From an uncultured virus (IMG/VR IMGVR_UViG_3300033806_000075) (lineage: Duplodnaviria; Heunggongvirae; Uroviricota; Caudoviricetes): a stretch of DNA of 64,000 nt. Where the stretch lies: the IMG/VR virus record IMGVR_UViG_3300033806_000075. One strand, given 5' to 3'. Of the stretch, positions 21,116-31,315 are shown in pieces. The translations under genes and the position numbers were made by a program. Under the pieces are notes generated by a model. The model was not told where the DNA came from and ran no database searches. It saw nothing but the letters and a program-made list of their open reading frames with translations. Position 1 is the stretch's first letter, and every line of letters starts with the position of its first letter.

Positions 21116-21829
21116 GTGACCAGAAAATCGATCGCCATCGGCCTCCCCACGTTCGGCATGACTTCCATGCGGTGGGCAATGGCTTACCGGGACATACAGT
21201 TTCCGATGAACTGCAAAGTGTCTCGGGCGGGTGCGCTGGGCCTGGAGATTGGTGTCGCTCGCAATGCGATCGTCCAGGAAGTGCTAGCGATGGAGTCTAA
21301 GCCGACCCATCTCTTCTTTCTCGACGACGACGTCATCCCGGCCACGCCGTGGGTGGTGATAAAGCTCTACCAACACGACTTGCCCATCGTCGGCGGAGTC
21401 TACTTCCATAAGGGTGACTACGGGGAGCCGCTGGTCTTCAACGAGCCCGGATACGGTACGGTGCCCTATGATCCGCGGATCACCGAGCCCGTCAAAGTGT
21501 GGGGCATCCATGCCGGCCTGACGATGTACCAGACCGACCTCTTCCGTCTCATGGCCTCAGAGCTCGATCTCGGGACCGACGGGCGGGGTAATCCCCGCTG
21601 GTTCTACACCCGAGGCGACAAGCTCGGCGAGGACAAGGCCACAGAGGATATGTACTTCTGCGAGCAGGTCCACAAGCTCGGTATCGCCCCGCACGTCGAC
21701 ATGAGCGCGGAGTGCTTCGGCTGGCACTACGACGCGACCCAGTCCCAGCACGACGTCGCTTACCCGCGCAAGCAGTGGCAGCAGTTCAAGGAGACCGGGA
21801 CGATCTCCTGGGAGGTTCCTAACTCGTGA
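21116..21829 (+). CDS. Glycosyltransferase-like protein (GT-A fold)
   Basis: IAIGLP, ARNAIV, HLFFLDDD, IVGGVY, TEDMYFC, FGWH. Confidence 0.8.
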   Translation: MTRKSIAIGLPTFGMTSMRWAMAYRDIQFPMNCKVSRAGALGLEIGVARNAIVQEVLAMESKPTHLFFLDDDVIPATPWVVIKLYQHDLPIVGGVYFHKGDYGEPLVFNEPGYGTVPYDPRITEPVKVWGIHAGLTMYQTDLFRLMASELDLGTDGRGNPRWFYTRGDKLGEDKATEDMYFCEQVHKLGIAPHVDMSAECFGWHYDATQSQHDVAYPRKQWQQFKETGTISWEVPNS

Positions 21830-22290
21830 GTACCTTCAATGTCCTCTATGGGACCCGGACCGAGTTCGCCAACGACTCGAACCTGAACAGCCTGGCGAGC
21901 GGGGCAGCCAAGCAGATCGGCGTCATCGATAACCACACGGCGCTCAACTGCGGATTTAAGATCGAGGCGTACGTCAAGCTGGCCACGACCGGCGTGACGT
22001 CCACGGGAACCCTGACCTTCTACGCTTGCGAAAGCTCCGACGGGTCCAGCTACGTGGACGGGATCAACACGACTGCGACCACCGACCAGACATCGAGCAT
22101 CAAGAATGCCCCAGTCGTCAAGACGGCCCAGGCAAACGCCAACAGCCAGATCGTCGACGTCATGTTTGACTACCCGTCTCAGTGTCCACCGCGCTACGTC
22201 TGCATCCTCGTAAGCGACGGCAGCGGTGCTACGCTTTCATCGAGCGGCCATTCCGCCTACTACACGCCCTTCAACTGGACTATCGCCTAG
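21826..22290 (+). CDS. Virion structural protein (jelly-roll-like)
   Basis: Ser/Thr-rich beta protein coupled to its neighbours. Confidence 0.55.
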   Translation: MSTFNVLYGTRTEFANDSNLNSLASGAAKQIGVIDNHTALNCGFKIEAYVKLATTGVTSTGTLTFYACESSDGSSYVDGINTTATTDQTSSIKNAPVVKTAQANANSQIVDVMFDYPSQCPPRYVCILVSDGSGATLSSSGHSAYYTPFNWTIA

Positions 22291-22293
22291 TCC

Positions 22294-24879
22294 ATGCCCC
22301 TCAACATCCAGATTGACACGAGCCATTGGGCCAACGTCGGTTGCGTTGGCTGGTGGCCAGTGTTGCCGCAGGTCAACTACGGCAACATGCTGCCGGCCGT
22401 CATCGGCGCGTACGATTTCACGATCGTCAACGTGACCGGAACGCATGCTGGTGGCCCGTGGGCGGTTGCCGGTCCATCGACGGCGCCGGTCCGGCCTGGC
22501 AGCATGTCGTCAGTCCTGCTCGGGCCATTCATGGACAGCGGAGGGACCTACAAATACTACGGATCGCTCGTCCCGAACGTATACCAGATGTGCGGCTCGC
22601 AGGGCACATTCGGCATGTGGATCTATCCCATTGCCACAAGTGCAACCTTCCAGGAGCTTGTCTCGTCAGGTGCGAGCACAACGAGCGGAGTCTTTGATTA
22701 TCAAACGGGCTACTCGAGCCAGACCGGTCTTTATACCGGCATGTACGTCAATGCGGAGGATCGAGTGGGGGTCGCCTCGATCCTAACCGTCGGTACGTGG
22801 CAATACGTCATGTGCACGTGGGCGGTCAACGACAAGAGCCGGATGTATAAGAACGGGCTCTTGGTCGCAACCGGATCGGGGACCATTGCCTCTTACTCGG
22901 GGATGACCGGAAACACCTTCCTTGGTTCAACGAGCTGGCAATCGGCCTCGAATTTCAGCCAGTGTTACCACGACGATCCCTGCTTCTGGAACCGGCAGTT
23001 CTCGGCCCAGGAGTGCTGGCAAGCCTACGTCGATTCGCTCAATGGATGGAAGGGCCGCACGCTCTCCTGGCCAGTCTGGCAGCATGTCGGTCAACCAGCC
23101 AACGCGTACTCCGTCTCTGCGACCGGCGGCATGGCGCAGGGTGGCTACCCGGTACGCACCTCGGTCTGGATCATGCCCGGCACTGGCGGCATGAGCGACG
23201 GGGGCCATGAGGCCCCGACTCTTGCCTTCGGGCCCGCGGCCTCAGGCGGAATGACGGATGGCGGCGACACAGCGGCCCCGCTGGCCTGGGACGCGTTCAC
23301 GGGCACGAGCGGGACGCTCCTGACAGCGCACAAGAGCAACGACGGCGGGACATGGACCAAACATCCGAGCTACTCAACCGGGGATGCGCGGCTCAACGGC
23401 AGCGGCCAGCTCACGTCAAACACATCCTCTTACCGAGGTGTTTTTCTCCATTCGTTCGCTCCAGTATCCGCCGATTACACAGTGTCGGCGGACATCGTCT
23501 ATTCGAGTGCGAGCAGTAGTTCCAATGCCGGAGTCTGTGCAAGATGGAGCAATTCGGCAAACACAGGATACTATGCTCACGTTGACGGCAACGATGCCAG
23601 TACGGTCCGCGTAAGACTCTACAAGATAGTCGCAGGCACTGAGACTCAGCTATCGAGCACGTTTACTGCTTCGTGGTCTGTTGGGCAAACAAAACGGCTA
23701 TCCCTGCGTGCTTTGGGTTCGCAAGTGAGCGTGCTGGTTGACGGGTCGCTCGCCGTTGGCCCTGTCACTGACACGAGTATTTCCAGTCCAGGCCAAGCAG
23801 GTGTATACATCATCGGGTTATACATCTATCTAGACAATTGGACGCCGACCGGCGGCGGCGTCCAGGCGCAGTACGTCCTCTCCGGCTCCGGCGGCCAGGA
23901 GTTCGGTGGTGCGTACGGAGGCGGCCAGCTCTATGTGATTCCCTGCTCGGGCGGTATCCGCCAAGGGGGCTACATCGCCCCAGCGGCGAGCTTCGCACCG
24001 TCCGTCGCCGGCGGCATGAAGGACGGCGGCTTTGCCGGACCGCATCTACTGATCACGGAGACGGTCTCGGGAGGAATGGCCGACGGCGGCACGATCCCGG
24101 ATGGCTACGTGAGCTTTCTGGCGACCGGCGGCATGGCCACCGGAGGCGAGCGGCAAGGGCCGGTGATGGACTACGGACCGGTCATTTCCGGGGGGCTCAC
24201 CGGCGGCGGTAGCGCGCCCAACATTGGCGTCTACCTCATCGAGCCATCCGGCGGGATGCAGCTCGGCGGCACGGTCGATATCCTGGTTGGGCTGCTCTAC
24301 CACGTTTACGCCAACGACGGCGCGGGCGGCCCGATCGATTACGACACGGTCGTTGCCACCACCAACATCCTGAGCTATACGACCGACACGCTCACCGGGC
24401 CTGCTGTGTGGTCCTTCGGCGTGCGGGCTTTTGACGGGGACACGCACCTCGAAGAGCGGAACGTCGATGCCGTGGTCACCGTCCGGCTTGATGCCGCCGG
24501 GCGGAACATCACCAACATCCCCGCGCCCGTGCTGGCTCTGACCGGGCATGCCTCCAAGGCCGGCAAAGCCGTGCTCTCATGGCAGTACCAGACGACCGAC
24601 CCGGCCAAGGCACCGCGGCAGTTCAACGTCTACCAGGGCCTCGCCGGCGGTGGTGGAAGCGTAAATTACGCCAGCCCCGTGGCCACAGTGCCCTATCGCG
24701 CCTTGCTGCGCGTCTTCCAGGCCACCGTCTCCGGGCTCACCGGCGGCACGACGTACCAGTTCTCGGTTCGAGCTGCCAACACCACGGGCGAGGAACAGAG
24801 CACGACGACCGTGATCGTGCGGGCCGAGACGACCGGGCCGTCCGCGGTGATCGGCGTCAGCGGCTCGGCGGTGGCATAG
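22294..24879 (+). CDS. Tail fibre-like protein: LamG + Gly-rich repeats + lectin-like + FN3 domains
   Basis: VGWW, WQYVMCTW, MYKNG (LamG); GGMxxGG repeats; C-terminal LSW...GLTGGTTYQFSVRAAN (FN3). Confidence 0.7.
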   Translation: MPLNIQIDTSHWANVGCVGWWPVLPQVNYGNMLPAVIGAYDFTIVNVTGTHAGGPWAVAGPSTAPVRPGSMSSVLLGPFMDSGGTYKYYGSLVPNVYQMCGSQGTFGMWIYPIATSATFQELVSSGASTTSGVFDYQTGYSSQTGLYTGMYVNAEDRVGVASILTVGTWQYVMCTWAVNDKSRMYKNGLLVATGSGTIASYSGMTGNTFLGSTSWQSASNFSQCYHDDPCFWNRQFSAQECWQAYVDSLNGWKGRTLSWPVWQHVGQPANAYSVSATGGMAQGGYPVRTSVWIMPGTGGMSDGGHEAPTLAFGPAASGGMTDGGDTAAPLAWDAFTGTSGTLLTAHKSNDGGTWTKHPSYSTGDARLNGSGQLTSNTSSYRGVFLHSFAPVSADYTVSADIVYSSASSSSNAGVCARWSNSANTGYYAHVDGNDASTVRVRLYKIVAGTETQLSSTFTASWSVGQTKRLSLRALGSQVSVLVDGSLAVGPVTDTSISSPGQAGVYIIGLYIYLDNWTPTGGGVQAQYVLSGSGGQEFGGAYGGGQLYVIPCSGGIRQGGYIAPAASFAPSVAGGMKDGGFAGPHLLITETVSGGMADGGTIPDGYVSFLATGGMATGGERQGPVMDYGPVISGGLTGGGSAPNIGVYLIEPSGGMQLGGTVDILVGLLYHVYANDGAGGPIDYDTVVATTNILSYTTDTLTGPAVWSFGVRAFDGDTHLEERNVDAVVTVRLDAAGRNITNIPAPVLALTGHASKAGKAVLSWQYQTTDPAKAPRQFNVYQGLAGGGGSVNYASPVATVPYRALLRVFQATVSGLTGGTTYQFSVRAANTTGEEQSTTTVIVRAETTGPSAVIGVSGSAVA

Positions 24880-24915
24880 CAGTAGTCGCACCCACAACAG
24901 AGAGGAGGCCAAGCA

Positions 24916-25332
24916 ATGGCCGCAACCGGTCTGCAAATGAACTGGACAGGGGTCGAAATCGGCTCGACCCAGATTAAGGAAGTCACCAGTGTTCGCTTCC
25001 AGGACAAAGGGCAAACCGTCAAGTTCCACGGTGACGATAGCCCATGGCCTCAAGCGGTCGCGATCAGCACGTTCGATAGCTCGGCAACCCTCAAGAGCGG
25101 CAATGAGGCTACCATCCTATCGATCGCGATCGGCACGACAGGTACCTTCACGGCAACGCACGTGGACGCCTTGCACATGGCCAACGGGAATATCGTCTAC
25201 ACCCTGGCTAATGCCATCGTGACCGACCGCGACACGGGTGGGGACTACGGCAAGTTCGGTGAGGCGACACTGAAGATTGAAGCCTATTCGTCTGACGGAT
25301 CTACTCCCCCGCTGTCCTACTCGCGGAGCTAG
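24916..25332 (+). CDS. Putative tail tube protein
   Basis: Strong GAGGAGG RBS; 138-aa beta-rich protein upstream of the chaperone and tape measure genes. Confidence 0.6.
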   Translation: MAATGLQMNWTGVEIGSTQIKEVTSVRFQDKGQTVKFHGDDSPWPQAVAISTFDSSATLKSGNEATILSIAIGTTGTFTATHVDALHMANGNIVYTLANAIVTDRDTGGDYGKFGEATLKIEAYSSDGSTPPLSYSRS

Positions 25333-25337
25333 GCTCC

Positions 25338-25667
25338 ATGCCATTAGGTTCTCGACCTGATGCTATTCGTTGGCCCATACCCCGCGGCACCATGCCCGTC
25401 GGCCAAGAACGTCGCAGCGCGATTGATAGCCGCATAGACTTTGCTGAGAAGCATCTCCAGGCCGGGCCGGTCGAGATGGTCCACGTGCGCGATGTTGTGC
25501 TCGGGCAGTATCACTTCGCAACCCGCGATCCCACTGACACAGAGCTGCAACGAGAGACCCGCAAGCCTCGTTATCGCTGGGAGGACAAGGGCAGCGGGCT
25601 CTCCTATGGATACCTGATCGATGGCTCGGAAACTGATCGAGAAAGCTCGCCGCAGAGCGGAGTTTGA
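25338..25667 (+). CDS. Hypothetical protein
   Basis: Fills the gap between tube and chaperone. Confidence 0.5.
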   Translation: MPLGSRPDAIRWPIPRGTMPVGQERRSAIDSRIDFAEKHLQAGPVEMVHVRDVVLGQYHFATRDPTDTELQRETRKPRYRWEDKGSGLSYGYLIDGSETDRESSPQSGV

Positions 25668-26100
25668 TCCCGATGGCTGCCTACCAATCCGACTAGCCGA
25701 CGGACAGGATTGGTACTTTCCCAGACCGATACTCGAACTGCGCCCGCGATTTGCCGCCAAGGTAGATCCGACCACAGGATTCTTGAACCGCGAGGACTTG
25801 CAGGTCACGCATCTCAATCGCTACGTGACGCACGGCGAGGACCTCGACGGACTGATCGAGGCCATCGGACAAGCAGAGCCGAGCGAGGAGCTGATCAAGG
25901 CGGTGCTACGTCTCGGTGGTGACCTGCTCCTGCGGAACTACGACCTCATGCAAGACGAGCTCGAACGCCTATTTCGATACCGCGTTGACGATGAAACAGG
26001 CGCGTCTGACAAGATGCTGGGCGACATCATCGACGTGGCTACAGGGCGGCTCCGGGGTGCCGTCGCCGACCCAAAACGGCCAGGCGGTGGCTCGTGCTGA
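25621..26100 (+). CDS. Tail assembly chaperone (short form)
   Basis: Position before the tape measure gene; in-frame C CCA AAA slippery heptamer near the 3' end. Confidence 0.75.
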   Translation: MARKLIEKARRRAEFDPDGCLPIRLADGQDWYFPRPILELRPRFAAKVDPTTGFLNREDLQVTHLNRYVTHGEDLDGLIEAIGQAEPSEELIKAVLRLGGDLLLRNYDLMQDELERLFRYRVDDETGASDKMLGDIIDVATGRLRGAVADPKRPGGGSC

Positions 26101-26210
26101 CCCTGCGATCGCTCGGGCTGAATGACCGGACGATGTGGCTTGATGACGCAGTCGGCACCGCCATGATTGCTGTCCGGACGAAACGGGCCGTCCCGCTTGA
26201 GGACTGGTAA
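26070..26210 (+). other. Programmed -1 frameshift site and extension of the tail assembly chaperone
   Basis: C-CCA-AAA at 26070-26076; the -1 frame (PKTARRWLVLTL...VPLEDW) is open to a TAA that overlaps the tape measure ATG. Confidence 0.8.
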
Positions 26211-27826
26211 TGAAGGAGTTAGTTATCCCAGTGCGCATGGATACGAAGGATGCCACGGCCTCACTCAAGACCGTCGGCCACAGTGGTCGAGAAGCTGGAG
26301 AAGAGATTGGCGAGGGGTTTGAGCATGCGAGCAATGAACTGCTCAAATTCATGGGAGTTAGCAAGGGCCTTGAACTAGGCCAGCGCGTCATCGAGGCGTT
26401 TAGCGAGAGCATCAAGAGCGCGAGTGAATACGCCACGAATGCAGCCAAGGCATTCATCAGCCTCCAGGAGTCATTACGACAGGTCGCGGCCCTCTCAGGT
26501 GCCAAGCTCGATGACAAGTTGGCTCAAGACGTGATCGACCGCGCCAAGAAGAGCGGCATTCTCACGCCTACCGAAGTTCAGCAGGCTATGACGGAATGGA
26601 ACAAGGGTGGCTCAGGTTACGTCATCTCGCCAGAGAATCCTCAGGGCCGCATCGAGGAGGGCCTTGCAAACCAACTTCAGGACGAGTTCACGGCTTACGG
26701 CAAGGCCCATGGTGTGACCCCGGCGACGTCAATGTACTGGCTATCTACGCTTGTGCAAAAGCTGCCCAAGGGTACGAGCGCTGATCAGTTTCGCAAGATC
26801 TTCTACGAATCCATGAAGATCGCGCGCATGGCCCGCGGTTCCGAGGATGCAACCATCAGCCAGGTTTCTGAACTAGTCTCAGGGTACGTTGGAGAGGGAA
26901 TGGCATTTGGCGAGGGGGAAAAGGGCATTCTCGAAGCGCTTACTCAGACCGGAGTACAACAAGAAACGCATCCAGGGTCAGCCGGCCACTACGAAAAAGA
27001 CTTGCTGATGTTCTTCGATCGCCTCGCGACATCACCCGACAAGGAAAAAGAATTGGGCATCAGCGAGGATATGACAGTGCGCCAAAAACTGGAAAAGGTG
27101 GCTGAATCCTGGCAAAAGTCCGGAGTCAAGTTCTCAAAATTTATTCAGACGTTTGTCAAAGGACAGGGAAATATTCAGCAGAAGCTGGCGTTGCAGACAG
27201 CAATCCAGGAGGGGCTTAAATCGGGACGGTTTGGCGCTTGGGACGAAATGATCGCCAAGTCCGACTTCAAGGAAGAGCAAGCGGCCGTCGAATCCTTCAA
27301 GTCTGAGACTCGAGTTGGTCGCAAATATGGCCGAGCGGAGAGAGAGGAATCCGCGTTCATGGAACACGGTAAGGAATACGCTGACATTCAAGAGCTCAAA
27401 GAGGAGGTCGATACACAACTAAAGGAAGAAGGCTATGAAGCGCAGCCGCTCAAAGAGGGGTGGCGAGACGTTGTACGCTACCTTGAACACGGCTTAGGCA
27501 TGCCTAGCAGAATGAAGACGCTTCGGCAACAGCGCCTCATGGAAGCCATCGAGCCGCACGCATTTGCTACCGGAGCAGAGCGTCGCCACTTTGCGCATAC
27601 CGAGGCATCTGTCTTTAAGACCCCAGAGGAACAGTTCAATCGCATGCTCAGCTTGGCGGCTGAGCGAGAGCATACGGATCAGGCCACGGTGCTACGGGAG
27701 ATCCTCGCCGAACTTCGCGAGCATCGTGGAATTCATCAGCGCGCGGCGACTAGCGCCGAGCGGTCCGAGAAGCGACCTCTTCCCGCTCCGATGCCCCCTC
27801 CTGAACCGCCTGGCTCCCGTCCCTGA
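26210..27826 (+). CDS. Tape measure protein (short, 538 aa)
   Basis: ELVIPVRMDT start, helical Ala/Glu/Lys-rich composition, follows the frameshifted chaperone. Confidence 0.75.
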   Translation: MKELVIPVRMDTKDATASLKTVGHSGREAGEEIGEGFEHASNELLKFMGVSKGLELGQRVIEAFSESIKSASEYATNAAKAFISLQESLRQVAALSGAKLDDKLAQDVIDRAKKSGILTPTEVQQAMTEWNKGGSGYVISPENPQGRIEEGLANQLQDEFTAYGKAHGVTPATSMYWLSTLVQKLPKGTSADQFRKIFYESMKIARMARGSEDATISQVSELVSGYVGEGMAFGEGEKGILEALTQTGVQQETHPGSAGHYEKDLLMFFDRLATSPDKEKELGISEDMTVRQKLEKVAESWQKSGVKFSKFIQTFVKGQGNIQQKLALQTAIQEGLKSGRFGAWDEMIAKSDFKEEQAAVESFKSETRVGRKYGRAEREESAFMEHGKEYADIQELKEEVDTQLKEEGYEAQPLKEGWRDVVRYLEHGLGMPSRMKTLRQQRLMEAIEPHAFATGAERRHFAHTEASVFKTPEEQFNRMLSLAAEREHTDQATVLREILAELREHRGIHQRAATSAERSEKRPLPAPMPPPEPPGSRP

Positions 27827-27984
27827 GCACACTTCCGAGATAGAGAAAGCCCACGCAGGGCACAAGGAACTGAGTCGCCAGCGGGAACATCCACGGGTCT
27901 CTCTCGCCGCGCATCGGTGAGCTGACGATTACGAGCAGCGACCAGCCGAGCAGAACCCACAGCACGCCCGCCAAGACACTTCTC

Positions 27985-28524
27985 ATGGCACTTGACCCCG
28001 AAGTCCAGGCGATCATCGACGAGTATTTCCGTGACCTCAACGAATTGATCGCGACCTTCAACTTTACTCGCAAGGGACGCGAGAAGGCACTGGGTCGCGA
28101 GGCGGCGCAGCTTGTCGCCGAAGGGATCGTCGAACGGTCGGTCAAGAAGCAAGGCGGCGCCGACAATAGCTGGACACCCAATAGCGCCAAGTATACGGCT
28201 GATAAATTGGCCAAGTATAACGTCGATCTGATCGGCTTTCGCACCCGCCAGATGATTTCGCTCCCGTCACTGCTCGGTCACGTTGACCTCGAACCGCTGC
28301 AGGTCCTGATTCGCTATGGGACAGGTTTACCGCCGACCCGCAGCATGAGCAGCAGCTACATCTCAGAGGAAGACAGGAAGGTCACGGACACTCAGAAGGC
28401 TGAGTTCTTTACGGCCAAGAAAGGCGAGTTCTTCGAGCCTGATGACAACATCGCCGACAAGCTCCGCGAGCACTTCGCCTCGGCGCTCGAGGATTTCATC
28501 GATGAGCTGAACGCCAAGTCGTGA
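27985..28524 (+). CDS. Virion morphogenesis/tail completion protein (Mu G-like)
   Basis: Q...D..WTPNS..Y...K...IGFRT..M...SL pattern. Confidence 0.55.
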   Translation: MALDPEVQAIIDEYFRDLNELIATFNFTRKGREKALGREAAQLVAEGIVERSVKKQGGADNSWTPNSAKYTADKLAKYNVDLIGFRTRQMISLPSLLGHVDLEPLQVLIRYGTGLPPTRSMSSSYISEEDRKVTDTQKAEFFTAKKGEFFEPDDNIADKLREHFASALEDFIDELNAKS

Positions 28525-28922
28525 GCACAGCATATTATGACGGTGCCGCCATCTTTGGCTTGGCCGTGCAGTGCCAGCACGTGCCCAAGGCGTCCGCCGC
28601 GCAAATCAATGCCTTCTTCGGCATTTCCGGCACGCAGTCGATCTGGGGCGGCCAGCGGGGCCGCGAGTTCCTAATCCAGGGCGTGTTCGTGGGCACGAGC
28701 TGGGACGAACTTGCTGCGGCCGAGCAAATCCTCCTCTCCTACGATGACGGTATCGCTCGGGTCCTCACCGACACCTGGGGCGTGAGCTGGCCGTCGGTGA
28801 TTTTCCAGAGCCATTACCAGCGCCAGGGCAAGCCCGTCTTTGGCTCGACGCAGGGAGACGGCGGCGTGATCGTGCCGGTTGTGTACCAGCCCTACAAGGC
28901 GACCTTTCACGGGCTAGTGTGA
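28521..28922 (+). CDS. Putative distal tail protein
   Basis: GTGA-coupled ORF after the tape measure; R.FLIQG...LTDTWG. Confidence 0.45.
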   Translation: MSTAYYDGAAIFGLAVQCQHVPKASAAQINAFFGISGTQSIWGGQRGREFLIQGVFVGTSWDELAAAEQILLSYDDGIARVLTDTWGVSWPSVIFQSHYQRQGKPVFGSTQGDGGVIVPVVYQPYKATFHGLV

Positions 28923-29596
28923 TGGCCTTCGACACCTCTGCCATCACATCTGTTTCGCACCAGTACCAGGGCGGCCACCTCATTCTATCCTGGACCACCT
29001 CAGCCGATCCTGGGGTGTTTTTTCAGATTTATGCGGGCAGCGATCTCGTTGCGGTGACACAGGCTCTCACGGCGGCGCTGACCCCGCCCCGGGGCACGGG
29101 CCTTACCGAGATCCGCATCGGTGCCGTCGGCCCTGGCGAGCAGATGACCGATTTCAGCAGTTCGTTCACGCCGGCTTCCAACCGAGCAACGCTGTCGTGG
29201 CTAGGTGGGGCCTACCAGGGCGACAACCTCGGCTGCTTTCGGATCTACGGAGCACCGAGTCCGGGCGCACCTGTGAGCTACGCCAAGCCGCTGGCCACCA
29301 TAGTGGCCTACGAACAGGGCGACGACTCGGAGGGCTACGGCAAGGGGGCGTACGGCTCGGGCGGTTACGGCGACGCTAACACGTTTACATGGACCTCGCA
29401 GCCCCTCAAGCCAGGCACCTGGAGCTTTGCGATCGTGTCCGTGTCGCGATCGGGCAATGAGGGCACACCGATGGTCGCGCCGGTAACGATTGTCGGGCCG
29501 CCCATGCCGCCAGCTCGCAACACCGCGGGTAAGCGGCTCACGTACGGCTACGCAGAAAGCAAGATCACGCTCACCTGGCTCGCGAGTCCTGCTTAG
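28919..29596 (+). CDS. FN3-like tail protein
   Basis: LSW repeats, LKPGTWSFAIV...GNEG, GYG Gly-rich motif. Confidence 0.55.
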   Translation: MMAFDTSAITSVSHQYQGGHLILSWTTSADPGVFFQIYAGSDLVAVTQALTAALTPPRGTGLTEIRIGAVGPGEQMTDFSSSFTPASNRATLSWLGGAYQGDNLGCFRIYGAPSPGAPVSYAKPLATIVAYEQGDDSEGYGKGAYGSGGYGDANTFTWTSQPLKPGTWSFAIVSVSRSGNEGTPMVAPVTIVGPPMPPARNTAGKRLTYGYAESKITLTWLASPA

Positions 29597-29813
29597 CACC
29601 CGTTGGGCGTGCACACCTGGCACAAAGCACATCGTCCTCGTCCAGCTCGGCATTCAATCCGTTGTCGATAATTTCCAATCGCACTGATCCGCCGTCCATA
29701 GTGGTCCTGACTATCCTCGGTTCATAGCCTTCGATCCAGTCGATGAGATGGACCTCTTCATCGTCCTCGACTCCCTCTGCGTCTATTCGGTCTTTGAATT
29801 CTTTCCATTTCAT
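29571..29813 (-). CDS. Small acidic hypothetical protein (antisense moron)
   Basis: GGGAGG RBS on the minus strand before MKWKEF; lower GC. Confidence 0.55.
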   Translation of the reverse strand: MKWKEFKDRIDAEGVEDDEEVHLIDWIEGYEPRIVRTTMDGGSVRLEIIDNGLNAELDEDDVLCARCARPTGAKQDSRAR

Positions 29814-29827
29814 CGGTATGGCCTCCC

Positions 29828-30757
29828 TTGGCAACATCTTACACACCTAATGTGAAGCTCGGCAAACCGGCGCTCGGTGATACCAACTGGGATCAACCAC
29901 TAACCAGCAACATCGACTCGCTCGACGCGATTGCCCCGCTCTCCGGGCTATTGGTCACGCCGACCGAAATCCCCTCCGCTTCGCTCAACGTCGCTGTGGC
30001 TCCCGGCAAATTCCGTCGCTCTACCGGCCAGATCGTGAGCTTTGCCGGGAGCACGTCGCAGACGATCCCGGCTAGCACAACGAAGGTCCTATACCTCGAT
30101 TCCACTGGAACCGTGCAAGTCGCTGCGTCCTATCCGAGCAGTGCTCACGTGCGATTGGCCACCGTTGTAGCGGGTACGGCTACCATCACCTCGATCACCG
30201 ATGACCGAATCTCCGCGGTCGAGCTTCTTGGCAGCTATGTCTCGGCCGCTAACGATACCGCGGCTGCCTCAGCCGGAGTGCCGGCTGGCTGCACGTACCG
30301 AGACCGTACCGGCGTGCTTCGCGTTCAGGCCGGCATTCTCGCCAACCTTGCCCCACTCGCCAGCCTGGCAGTCACACCGGCAGAGATCCCATCGGCGAGT
30401 CTGAACGTTGCCGTTGCAGCGGGTAAGTTTCGGCGGTGCACGGGCGAGGTTGTGGCCTATGCCGGGACCACGTCGCAGGCGATCCCGGCCAGCACGACCA
30501 AGGTGCTCTACCTGGATTCCACCGGCGCTTTGCAGGTTGCGTCGTCCTATCCGACCACGGCCCACACACGGCTTGCTACCGTCACGGCTGGCACGAGCAC
30601 GATCACTGCGATCAACAGCGACGATCGGATCTCCGCTGTGGAGATTCTCGGCTCCTACGCCTCGGCCGCCGACGATACCGCAGCCGCTGCAGCCAACGTC
30701 CCGATCGGCTGCCTGTACCAGGACGGGACCGGAGTCGTCCGCGTCCGACTCACCTAG
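29828..30757 (+). CDS. Tail fibre-like protein made of two ~139-aa tandem repeats
   Basis: YTPNVKLGKP...W...N.D.LD attachment motif, then two copies offset by 417 nt. Confidence 0.7.
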   Translation: MATSYTPNVKLGKPALGDTNWDQPLTSNIDSLDAIAPLSGLLVTPTEIPSASLNVAVAPGKFRRSTGQIVSFAGSTSQTIPASTTKVLYLDSTGTVQVAASYPSSAHVRLATVVAGTATITSITDDRISAVELLGSYVSAANDTAAASAGVPAGCTYRDRTGVLRVQAGILANLAPLASLAVTPAEIPSASLNVAVAAGKFRRCTGEVVAYAGTTSQAIPASTTKVLYLDSTGALQVASSYPTTAHTRLATVTAGTSTITAINSDDRISAVEILGSYASAADDTAAAAANVPIGCLYQDGTGVVRVRLT

Positions 30758-30770
30758 GCTTGGAGACAGC

Positions 30771-31289
30771 ATGGCAACGCTCAAGCTTCCCGTGCAGTTT
30801 GATTTCAGTCCCCTGATCGAGCAGCTCCAACAGCTCCAGGGCAAAGAGCCCGCTTCGTTCACCATCCCTCAACCCGTCATAGCTTCATTTCCCGTGGCCG
30901 GGGCAAAGTACCTGCCCGGCCAGTTCGTCAAAGTGCGTGGTCACTGTGCCATGATCCACGCCGTGAGCGATCACGCCGTGGATGGCCGCTATCTCTACGA
31001 CGCGATAACGCTGGATGGCAAATGGCACCTCTTCACGGAAGAACCAGAGTCCGAACTTGTGTCCCACCGGTACAAAGACCGACCCAAGTATGCCATTGGC
31101 GAAGCGGTTCAATCGCGCGGCGTTCCTTGTGTCGTGACCGCGATTAGCCCACAGAATCCCGGCGGCGAGGGGCTGTGGCAGCTCTATGACCTGATCACGC
31201 TCGACGGCAGCCGCCATCTTTATACCGACGAGCCGGAGTGCAACCTCAAACCTGACCGGACCCTCACCACTTCAGGCGGTGACGCTTAA
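30771..31289 (+). CDS. Hypothetical protein with duplicated SH3/KOW-like domain
   Basis: GGAG RBS; KY..G..V..RG...LYD.ITLDG..HL.T.EPE..L occurs twice. Confidence 0.65.
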   Translation: MATLKLPVQFDFSPLIEQLQQLQGKEPASFTIPQPVIASFPVAGAKYLPGQFVKVRGHCAMIHAVSDHAVDGRYLYDAITLDGKWHLFTEEPESELVSHRYKDRPKYAIGEAVQSRGVPCVVTAISPQNPGGEGLWQLYDLITLDGSRHLYTDEPECNLKPDRTLTTSGGDA

Positions 31290-31315
31290 CGCTCCATGTC
31301 CGAGCTCGCCATCTG

